From Craspedostauros australis (Eukaryota), in contig JALAGF010002570.1 of assembly GCA_030167865.1 (NCBI GenBank), forward strand, positions 1-52,564: a DNA stretch of 52,564 nucleotides, in the 5' to 3' direction. The notes under the pieces were generated by a model. The model saw only the letters and a program-made list of their open reading frames with translations. It did no database searches and had not been told where the DNA came from. A program made the translations under genes and the position numbers. This document shows, in pieces, positions 1 to 9,227 of the stretch (position 1 is the first letter of the stretch; each line of letters begins with the position of its first letter).

Positions 1-407
1 CCGAGATTGGACCAAGAAGCAATAAATTATTGTACCAGAACGTCGTAGACTCTACGTGGTTACCAATGGTTACCAACGAAAAAAAAGCCAAATCACGTCC
101 GTACGTCGTCCGTATGAAAAAAGGCCGATAAAGGGTAAAAAGAGGCATCGAGATGAACATGAAGCGGAGACCGTTTGCCTACAATGAACACATCAACAGA
201 GAGCTCTCACTCTCCTCTTTCTAATTATGCAAAGATGTCGGTCAACGGCCATCAACTCATCGAATGGTTGCTTGTGCCGTCGGCGATATGCCAATGGTTA
301 CCAATAATTACCAAAAAAACGGAAATTAGCCACGAGACACTCGGTGGATAGCTCGCAGAGAACAGCTGGATGGCATGAAGGAATTCGGCCACCCTTCGCA
401 TTCCACT

Positions 408-1472
408 TTATTTGGCAGAAGCAGCCAACGCCCTCCAACGATTGACATCCAACGGCTGACCGACGGCGTTCTGCTCGATGATCTTTCCGCTGATGCCGCT
501 CATGACTACCAACCTCGGAATACCCTTGACCTGGATCGCCGCTAGAAGCTTCTCCCGGGCATCATCGTCGTAATCCACCGCCAACCACGGATGGCTGGTG
601 CGGAAGTAGCTCCGAAATCCACTCTCGTCATGATCGCAGCTCAAGAACACGACCTCCGCCAACGTCTTGTGCGACTGGTACCATTGCGCCAGCATGGGCG
701 TGAATTTGCGACACGGCGGGCACCAATGTGCCGACGCGTACAGCAGCACGAATTCCTTGCCGCCCAAGGCGTCGGCCAGCGCAACGGGGGAGAGATCGGC
801 ACCGGCATTGCGCACAAGCGTCTTGTCCTGCAAGGAACCGAAGAAACGCTGGATGCCCACCGACAATCCGCGAGCGACGACGGGATCGCATGGCGCCGAG
901 AATGACGCATCGCTTGCACTGGGCCGCACTCGAAATTGATATCCATGGGGGTCAGTCAGGTTCTTCTTGCGCACGGACGTGCCTGATAGCTGCGCGGCGA
1001 TCGTGGTCCACGGCGCACCACCCTGGTTGGGACGCATCTGCAATTCGAAGGACGACGACGCAGCTGACGATTCCTTCCAAGAAATGAGCAAAGCCTGGTT
1101 CGTTCCAGCCGGGATGGCGGTGGGCGCCCCCATGCGATCGGCCTCGTCCTTGTCACTGAGCAATTGGAAGGCTGTGGAATGCGTGCGCCATTGGGTCCCA
1201 TCGGCCTCCGCGCCGCGCGCACGGAACCAGTATGATCCGACGCCATTGTCGCCGAGATTGCGCTTGCGAGCCTGCGTGCTTCCCAGCTTGTCCGAAAGCA
1301 GGAGGAATCCATCATTCTCCTCATTGCCGTTGCCGTTGTCGCTGCTGCCGTCTGCAGACGCTGGCTTGTACTCAAGGATGTACTTGTCGGAGCCGTCGCT
1401 CTCGGGCCAAGAGACCGTCAAGGAACTCGACGTTGCGTCGATCAGGACGATGGAGTCGTTGGCTTCTGTCAT
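408..1472 (-). CDS. Two fibronectin type III-like domains fused to a nucleoredoxin/tryparedoxin-like thioredoxin domain
   Basis: ATG at 1472 (MTEANDS). C-terminal LLYASAHWCPPCRKFTP...EVVFLSCD...WLAV...VKGIPRLVV is the nucleoredoxin-type pattern. Two N-terminal repeats (SLTVSW..YILEY..RKRNL..YWFRAR and LLISW..FELQM..RKKNL..YQFRVR) fit FN3. Confidence 0.88.
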   Translation of the reverse strand: MTEANDSIVLIDATSSSLTVSWPESDGSDKYILEYKPASADGSSDNGNGNEENDGFLLLSDKLGSTQARKRNLGDNGVGSYWFRARGAEADGTQWRTHSTAFQLLSDKDEADRMGAPTAIPAGTNQALLISWKESSAASSSFELQMRPNQGGAPWTTIAAQLSGTSVRKKNLTDPHGYQFRVRPSASDASFSAPCDPVVARGLSVGIQRFFGSLQDKTLVRNAGADLSPVALADALGGKEFVLLYASAHWCPPCRKFTPMLAQWYQSHKTLAEVVFLSCDHDESGFRSYFRTSHPWLAVDYDDDAREKLLAAIQVKGIPRLVVMSGISGKIIEQNAVGQPLDVNRWRALAASAK

Positions 1473-2043
1473 TGTCCTTGATGTGGTGGAATACACGTAG
1501 TGTTCGAACAGTGTACGTATGCTTTTGTATGCTTTTGATGTGATGGTGTCCTCTCAAGAATGCTTTTGGTGCTCCTGGGTGTGTTGTGGACTCTCTTGAT
1601 GTTGTGGCGTACCGTCGGTGCCCTCTTCGGTTTGTCTCTTCTGCTTGGTTGGTGATGTTTGTGTTGTTTTGTGTTTCTGTGTGTGCGGAGAGCAGCGCCG
1701 AACGAAAAAGAAGCTCAAAGAAGATTTCATATACAAGTGATTGAAATAGTCCCGTTTGACGTCATCGGAGGCGCTTGACCACCCATCTTGTTGTTCGGTC
1801 TCTCCAACTCACCTCGCCAGCCATCACCGACAACATCTCATGTTCTGCGTCGTGTTCTGTGTGGTCTGCCGATAACGGAGCAGGCATGTCACCATCCTCG
1901 TCACATCCCCACACAAGAGAGGAAGGACTGCGCATGAATACCAACATAACACTTGGGAGCACCATTGCCAGCGAAATCGAACTCGATTGAAAGAATCGCC
2001 AACTCAAGTGGTCACAAACGCACGTATTCCAACTGTTGCAACG

Positions 2044-4098
2044 ATGTCGTCGTCGAAGGTCTGCTTCGTGCTGCTGTCGTCACTCTTGTGGGGTGCCGAT
2101 TGCTTCCGTGTCCTGCAATGGTCACATCAATCCAGCAGGCAGAGCCAACAGAGCCAGCCGGTGGCTGTTCAACGTGGATTGCCACTACCACTGTCGACAT
2201 TCTCAGCATCATTCCCATCACCAACGGTCAGACGGTTGCAGGCACTCCACTCCACTCTCTCGTCCGCAGATGATCAGCAACAAAAGAAGAAGAAAAGGAA
2301 GCCAAACAACAAGAAGAACAAGAAGAAAATCAGAAGAAACAACAAGAAGAACGGCGACATTGATGGTAGCGACAGAAACAATGCCAAAGGCAAATCCAAG
2401 CCCAACAGCAAAAAGAAGAAGCAGAACTTCCGTCGCAAACGCGAGGAGCCGGAGTCTCGTGCCGTCCTCTTCGATTATGAGGCAAACGCCAACACGAGGA
2501 TCAACAAGCACCGCCTGTGTGAGGATATCAACTGCGAGCACTTCGCGGAAGGAAAGTGTCCAGGATGCTTTGTGGGAAGCCGTGTTGCCAATATTCCCAT
2601 CGTGGATTCGGCCAAAATGTACTTTGCCAGCACGTCGGTGCAGCAGAAGTTCCTTGCTTCGCCCGAAGATTACGACGACTTTTATCATAATTACGAAGGC
2701 TATGATGATGATGACGATGAGTACGACTACGAACGAGACGGTGACGACGAAGACGATGACGGCGACAATCAAAATGACAGCGTCATCGACTACGATTCCA
2801 ACGTGCGCATCGTCGTCCCATCCCCCGTCACAGGATGGCGAACGCAGGCCAAGCTTGCCGCAGCACCCAAATCATCGTCATGGGCACGTGATGGTTGCGT
2901 CTTTGGTCTCTACCAACGCGGCAGCCACAAGGTCGTCCCCATCCCCAACTGCCCCGTCCATCACCCCGCCATCAACAAGGCCGTCAAGCTCATCACCAAA
3001 GTCACGGGCATGGTCGGCACCCCTGCCTACTCCAGACAGGATCACGAAAGTGGCGGATTGCGCTACATCCAACTGCAGGTGGAACGCACGACCCAAAAGG
3101 TCTGCCTCACGCTGATCTGGTCCGCCGCCGACCTCAAGGCCACGCAACCTGCTCTCTCGCGACTCGTCAAGGAGCTAGGACGTCAGGATCCCGACTTGTG
3201 GCACGGCATCTGGTGCCACTGCAACGACGGTGTCGGCAATAACATCTTTGCACGCGATCCGCGCCGGTGGCATCGCATCAAGGGGGCCGAGTTTGTGCGC
3301 GAGCCCTTGCCGACCACGGACATGGGGTGGCTCTTCTTTTCGCCCCTCACCTTCCGGCAGGGCAACATGGATGGATTCGATGTCATCGCGACGGATATCG
3401 CCGCGGCCATTCCCGGCGGCAGCAAGGTGTGCGAGCTGTACGGTGGCGTGGGATACCTCGGTCTGTCGGCGCTGGCGTATCATGCCGGCAACGATCCATT
3501 GACGTGGTTGCGCTGCAGCGACGAAAATCCTTCCAATCAACGGTGCTTCGCGCGCAGCATGGATAGCCTGCCAACCAGCATGACGCAGTACGAAACCGAA
3601 AAGAACAAGCCACCCCCCACCATTGATGACAATGAACCATTGACGTTGGGCCAACTGGCGCAGATGATGCAGGAGGGGGCGGAGTTGGAAACCGAGGGAC
3701 GCACCGGTGTGCGTGCCAAGTACATGGTGGCAAGTGCCAGCGACGCCTTGCTGGCCGGTCAAGCCTTGGGCGCTTCCGTGCTGGTGGTCGACCCGCCGCG
3801 CAAGGGATTGGAACCGGAGGTACTGCAGGAGCTCTGCAAGCCGATTAACGAACAGCAGGGGTACGTGGAGTCGTCCAACCTGCTGGATGTTCCGGACGAG
3901 AAGGTGAACTGGGTTAATGACGTTGAACGTTTGATCTACGTCAGCTGTGGCTTCGATGCCTTGGCAAGGGATTGTGATGCGCTGGTGGCGAGTCCTTCCG
4001 GTTGGATGATCGAGAGCGTCGTCGGGTACATATTATTCCCTGGATCGGATCACGTGGAGACAGTCTGCATATTCAGCAGAAACTTGAATCGAGAATAA
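2044..4098 (+). CDS. RlmD/RumA/TrmA-family RNA (uracil-5)-methyltransferase, probably plastid-targeted
   Basis: ATG 2044. Fe-S motif CEHFAEGKCPGC plus CPVHHP, FRQGN, SAM motif ELYGGVG, VDPPRKGL, catalytic YVSCG and LFPGSDHVETV. Hydrophobic signal peptide ending ADC-F, like a diatom bipartite leader. Confidence 0.9.
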   Translation: MSSSKVCFVLLSSLLWGADCFRVLQWSHQSSRQSQQSQPVAVQRGLPLPLSTFSASFPSPTVRRLQALHSTLSSADDQQQKKKKRKPNNKKNKKKIRRNNKKNGDIDGSDRNNAKGKSKPNSKKKKQNFRRKREEPESRAVLFDYEANANTRINKHRLCEDINCEHFAEGKCPGCFVGSRVANIPIVDSAKMYFASTSVQQKFLASPEDYDDFYHNYEGYDDDDDEYDYERDGDDEDDDGDNQNDSVIDYDSNVRIVVPSPVTGWRTQAKLAAAPKSSSWARDGCVFGLYQRGSHKVVPIPNCPVHHPAINKAVKLITKVTGMVGTPAYSRQDHESGGLRYIQLQVERTTQKVCLTLIWSAADLKATQPALSRLVKELGRQDPDLWHGIWCHCNDGVGNNIFARDPRRWHRIKGAEFVREPLPTTDMGWLFFSPLTFRQGNMDGFDVIATDIAAAIPGGSKVCELYGGVGYLGLSALAYHAGNDPLTWLRCSDENPSNQRCFARSMDSLPTSMTQYETEKNKPPPTIDDNEPLTLGQLAQMMQEGAELETEGRTGVRAKYMVASASDALLAGQALGASVLVVDPPRKGLEPEVLQELCKPINEQQGYVESSNLLDVPDEKVNWVNDVERLIYVSCGFDALARDCDALVASPSGWMIESVVGYILFPGSDHVETVCIFSRNLNRE

Positions 4099-4141
4099 TG
4101 GAGTCATAGAGCATATTCTATTGCTGTTTGTTGCATTATTT

Positions 4142-5977
4142 CTAGGTAGTTGTTTGTTGCATTGCGTGCATCGCCGCCCGTGCAACTTGCAAGACGGGCG
4201 ACTGTTCCAGTGAGACAGCGGCAGTGCCAGCAGCAGCGTCGAGATCGAACTCGATGACTCGCATCAACGATTCCTGACTATTCTCCATGCCCTGCTGTGC
4301 CGCCAAAGCAAACAGAATGGAAGCAAGATGTCTCAATTTCGATGCGTCGGGATGTTGGACCGACTCGAACATGAGATCATCGGCAAGCGCATGCTGTGCA
4401 TGCGGATTGCCTCGCAACGCAGCCTCGAGCCAATATCGCCGCGCGAGGTCCATGTGAGGAGCTACGAACCCGGTTGGGAACGGCAGCTGCGAGATTGGCC
4501 GAATGCTGTCCATGATGTCCAGTGCCTTCTGCGTCATGGCGGGTGACAACGCTTCCTCTTCGCACAGACTGCCCATCCTAGTCAAGGCAAACGTATTGAG
4601 GCGCGATGCGCTTTGCAAATACAGCTCGTGCTGCAGGTCTTGAAGGTCGCTGCTTTCTTCGTTGGTTGTTGTACTCGTTATGCCATCGCCATTGCCGTCA
4701 CTCGGCTCGTCAACGCCTGCGCTGGCCAGTGCACTGGCCAACACAAATTGCGCGACATCATTCGTTTGCAAGTCGTTGCGATTGGTCAGCCAAGGCGATA
4801 TGGATGACATATTCTTGATGGATTCCAAATTGATCGAGTCCTCGCTGTTGAGTTTGAGTCTGCCTTTGTCTTTGCTGCTGCTGCTGCCGCTGCTGCTGCC
4901 GCTGCTGCTGCCGCTGCCGCTGCCGCTGCCTGGAGATGAGTTGTTCACGCCGGTACCATCCGAAGTAAACCAAACGATCAAACTGGTGCGATCCAAATTT
5001 GGCTGTATGTCCACGCCGTGCAGAACATCCCATGTGTGAATAACCGCATCGCCTGTCTGTAGCGGAAAGAATTGACGCAAGGCAACATGGCTGGAGGTGG
5101 TGGACGTGGTGTACAATCCGTTCTGCCCTTGAATTGCGGTATCGTCCATAGCAATGACAGAAGTGACATGCGAATACACATCGTAATGCGCCGAGATGCT
5201 CGTGCGCTTGAATCCAGATGCGTCGCTGTCATCGCGTTCGGGACCTCCCACGTTCTCGCCGTACCGTCGCAGGAACACGTCAGACACGCGGATCGTCGGG
5301 TCCTCCAGTAGCTCATGGATCGTCGGCAACAATTCCTGGTAGATGTAGGGCTTGACGAGATCCATCAAGTCCTCCAACGCTTTCGCGAATTCGGGGTCTT
5401 GGACTGCGCGATAAAAGGGAATGCCGTCGCTGATCAGATTGATGTGCAAACTGGGCAACCCATCGACGGAATCGGCATTTGTGCTGAGCCAACCGCGCTG
5501 TTCCATCTTGGAGACGTGCTGATGGAATTTCTGGACCACGTCCGGTGGCATGAGGTGCGGTCGGTGAGCGATGACCTTGGAAGCAGTTGGATCATTGCCG
5601 AAATCGCGTGTGCCGCGTTGCAGGGAGAGGGTGGCGAGTTGGTGCAGGGCATTCAGACCGTGCGTGGAATGTCGTTGGAAGATGGCGGTCTCAGTCAAGG
5701 AGCAGATGGCATGATAGTCTTCATCGATACTTGCATCTGCGCAAGCGTTGGGAGCCGAAGCCGTCAGCGGTGAGCACGCACATTGCCTGACGTGCTGCAA
5801 CTTCTTTGCAAGATGGAGCGTTTGCGGACTGTGATGTCTGAACGGCGAGTGCAGTTCAGGTTGGAATGGCGTTGCCGGAGAGCTACAGCAGAGTGCGATG
5901 GTGATGGCGATCAAGGTCGCTGCTGTTGGGTGCAACCATAACCATTTCCGTGAAGTTTGCATCGTGATCGCCTTCAT
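4142..5977 (-). CDS. 2OG-Fe(II) oxygenase domain protein with C-terminal Sel1-like repeats
   Basis: HYD...LHGV...DRTSL gives the HxD..H..R set. RRYWLEAALRGNPHAQHALA and FALAAQQG are Sel1-like. Start is ambiguous (ATG 6175, 5977 or 5962); the last two give a signal peptide ending ATP-F. Confidence 0.75.
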   Translation of the reverse strand: MKAITMQTSRKWLWLHPTAATLIAITIALCCSSPATPFQPELHSPFRHHSPQTLHLAKKLQHVRQCACSPLTASAPNACADASIDEDYHAICSLTETAIFQRHSTHGLNALHQLATLSLQRGTRDFGNDPTASKVIAHRPHLMPPDVVQKFHQHVSKMEQRGWLSTNADSVDGLPSLHINLISDGIPFYRAVQDPEFAKALEDLMDLVKPYIYQELLPTIHELLEDPTIRVSDVFLRRYGENVGGPERDDSDASGFKRTSISAHYDVYSHVTSVIAMDDTAIQGQNGLYTTSTTSSHVALRQFFPLQTGDAVIHTWDVLHGVDIQPNLDRTSLIVWFTSDGTGVNNSSPGSGSGSGSSSGSSSGSSSSKDKGRLKLNSEDSINLESIKNMSSISPWLTNRNDLQTNDVAQFVLASALASAGVDEPSDGNGDGITSTTTNEESSDLQDLQHELYLQSASRLNTFALTRMGSLCEEEALSPAMTQKALDIMDSIRPISQLPFPTGFVAPHMDLARRYWLEAALRGNPHAQHALADDLMFESVQHPDASKLRHLASILFALAAQQGMENSQESLMRVIEFDLDAAAGTAAVSLEQSPVLQVARAAMHAMQQTTT

Positions 5978-8009
5978 CCTCGTATTTTCCTGTCCATCAA
6001 TCGATCGCCGCAACAACTGAAGTGTGTTTGTGTGGAACGACTGTGCGAGTCTGGTAGGATTGCGGGCATGGTGTCGGCGAGTGCCGATGTCGGTGAGACG
6101 AAGATGAGGTTGTTGAGGTTGAGGTTGAGGTTGAGGTTGATGTCGGCGTTCGTCATCTTTCGGCGCCAACAGCATTGGAATTTCAAGTCATGTTTAATTC
6201 GTTATTATCACGATATGGCGTGAATGCTATCATAGACTTGCACGCTATCTGTCTAGATTGAATGAGAAAGGCCAAATCAAATGAGAATCCGCACATGACA
6301 CAAATTGCAATCGTGTTGGACACGTTCAGGTTCCCATTTGCGCGCCAAAGAGAACTTTGGTTGGGAGTGTGTGATTCGAGCGTGGAGATGTGAGTTGCAT
6401 TTGTTCTCTTGTTCGCTCTGCCGATGTCTCAGGGAAGTCATCGCTGGGAGAGGATGTGATTGCTTTCGCGACGGCGCAGGTATCGGCACAGGTACGATCG
6501 ATTGGCACAGGCGGGAAGAAGATGGCAACCAGAAGAGCAAAACCGGATGAGGGGTGAAAGTGCGAGCGTTCGGGCCGTTGGACTTTGGTGGCGGTGGTTC
6601 GTTGGGTTGTGTCGTGCTGCGTCGTGTCGTGCTGAGTTGCATTGGAGGGTGGCAACAAGGATGATCGCTCCATCCGCGGGGGCGAGATGCGGAAAGAAAA
6701 GAATCTGGAGATGCAGCCTTCTTCTTGTGGGAGGCGCCAACGGAAGCAGGCATGATGAAGTTATGCAGCCTCTTGGAGGCATACACGAGTGGAGAGAATA
6801 ATAGGTACGTGTCTTCGCCAAATCATCGCAGAACAGCTGCAGCTGCTGAGATCATCTGATCGCAGCATTGGCATCATCCCCGCGCACATTTGGCGAGAAT
6901 TTTGCATTCGTTTGGTCTTCTTGTTGTCGTTGTTCGCGTTGGCATCGTGCCAGCATGTTCGATCATGGACTTGTGGGGTGAATTGCTTCGTGGTGAGATC
7001 TTCTTCTTCCTTTGGTGTTCTCCCTTGTCGTTGACGTGGTCGTTCTCCTCTCTTGCGCTGTCCCATGTTCTATGTTCTGTTTCGAGCGTTCGGTACGACT
7101 ATGAGTATTGGTACGCAAAACGAGAAGTCCCACATGCCTCCTGGGTTGGCCGAGCAGAGGAATACGTGTTTGTTCGGCTAGTTCCGCCTCTCTGTTCGCA
7201 ATGCACGAAAAGCCATGAACGAGCGCACAGAACAATGAGCATTGCGAGACGCCAGAGAACTGTTCTGCTGTGAGTACTCGTACTCTGGGGATGCGATCGT
7301 GGACAAATGGACATCAATGGATGGCAGATGAACGGCAGTTCGCGTGGTGCAACGTTTCAGCGATGCTGTCCTGGAAGGACCCCCAAGGGCACCTGCTGGG
7401 GAGAATGCATGCCGGGGTATGATTGTGTGGTAACTTCTCTAGTCTATTGCGATACTTTACTAGAAGCGGCCCTTTCCGTTGCGCCGCTTTCCCGTTGTGG
7501 TAGTAGCTTCGTGCATTGGACGATTGCATTGCGTCAATCGTCGGACCCCAATTGTGTGGTAGGCAATTGCAATTATACTTGTACTGGTGCTTGTGCGCTC
7601 CTATTCATCGATGTTACAATGGAGCGTATTCACGTAAATGTGCAAAAATATGAAACCGAAGCCGTTCGCCTGATCCGTTGAAGCCTTGGTGGCTGCCGCG
7701 AATGCATCGACGCTTCGTTCTTTCTGTATTGTGTGTGTTATTTGTTTTTTGTGGTGTTGCTTGTTTCGTTTTGTTTTGTTGGAGAGTAGCCTGGCATGGG
7801 CTTGGATGCTGCACTGCTGATCATCACACATCTCTGGATGCCAACCCATTGCAAATGGAAGGCTGCCGTGGTAATTGTTGCGATGATCATCCACGCGGTT
7901 GCATGGTACTGCCCATTGCTGATGGCGATACCAACGTTGGTGACGTGGCATCTCGAATCTTCAATCGGCTGTTGCGCTGGCATTGGCTACCTCGAAAACC
8001 ACCGCGCTC

Positions 8010-8339
8010 TCACGCGTGGCTGCTGTTCATGCACATGTCGAAGTAGTCTGCTGCAGTCTGGCACACACGATCGTTGGAGCGTGAGTGTCTGCACTCGTCC
8101 ACCATAGCGAAGACGTCGTTGCAGTTGCTGAGGCGGTTGTTCGTGATCATTGCCATGATGATGGGCGAATGTGACCATTGGGCGTGCTGTGGTGCGTGCT
8201 TCATCGTCAAACCGGAAGTGGCCATCGGTCGTGGTGCCGAGTAAGGTCTGCTTGCTTGAGATGCTGTTCGTGAGGTCATGTCGTTGCTGCTGCTGCTGCT
8301 GCTTGGGGCGTTCATTGGGGTGGCTGCTGTGGACATCAT
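8010..8339 (-). CDS. Small twin-CX9C (CHCH-like) protein, candidate mitochondrial intermembrane-space protein
   Basis: 109 aa ORF with an A/C-rich leader before the ATG (caaacaaccaaagcaatcATG), like other genes in the window. C-terminus C-NDVFAMVDE-C-RHSRSNDRV-C-QTAADYFDM-C is an exact Cx9Cx9Cx9C. Confidence 0.65.
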   Translation of the reverse strand: MMSTAATPMNAPSSSSSSNDMTSRTASQASRPYSAPRPMATSGLTMKHAPQHAQWSHSPIIMAMITNNRLSNCNDVFAMVDECRHSRSNDRVCQTAADYFDMCMNSSHA

Positions 8340-9227
8340 GATTGCTTTGGTTGTTTGTTTGCTTGATTATTTGGGGGTGTGGGTGTATGTATGTGTATGC
8401 GCGAGTATGTGTGTGGGTGTGAGTCTGTTGGTGTAATTGCGTTTCGAATGTCTGTTGTGGCGATTTTATGACGCAAACAACTGACTCCGAGAAATGAAGA
8501 AAATGGAGATTCTTGCTTCCGCAGTTCGTGGTTGTTTGCGCTGTTGCTGACGCTGTTTGCGCTCCGCTGTTCGCGAAGGAACATGGCTGCATCAGCTGTC
8601 AAGGGGAAGAAACTGCGCGCAAGAACATGACACCACGTTCGACGTTGCTCCTTCCGCAATCCCGACTCGCCTGTTGACACTGCTGACGTGCGGCATCCAA
8701 TCATGCTCCCCCAACTTCAATGGGAAGAACCTCCTTGCCGAACCCCAGTACGATCCGAACTTTGTCGTGAGACGTGTCACATCCGCAACAATTCTGTTCT
8801 TTTTCTGTTTCTGTTCTCTTTGGTGGGGATTTCAATCATGATCGAATCCCGTCGGGGAACTTCCGACACGACTGTTCCGTGGAATCGACGACATCACTTT
8901 GACATTGGTCTTGCCGTCGACCGTTGAGAAGCTTGTTGCTAATAGCTCTCTTGACAAACACTAAAATCGTATTCGTCGTTGTCTATTTCGCTCGAATAGA
9001 TCTCGTTATCAGTGTTTCGAGTCAATTGAAAAGAGGTAACGCCATCATGACCACCAAGGATCTGCCAACATCGATCTTCCTTCAATGCCTCTTGATTGAT
9101 CCGGAGCGGATCTGGTTTGCGTTCTGACAGTTGTCATCGCCAGCGTCGCCATCATCGAACTCGGGCATCAGTAGTCATCTCCTTTCTTTTATCCTGCACG
9201 ACAATAGTCGTATTCGCACCACGACGA

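Noticed and set aside
4874-4929. (CTG/CCG)-type repeat, plus (GTTGAG)n at about 6108-6139 and CAA/CAG runs at about 40877-40932
   Set aside because: Ordinary microsatellites encoding GSSS, PQ or poly-Q low-complexity tracts. There is no spacer structure, so this is not CRISPR-like.
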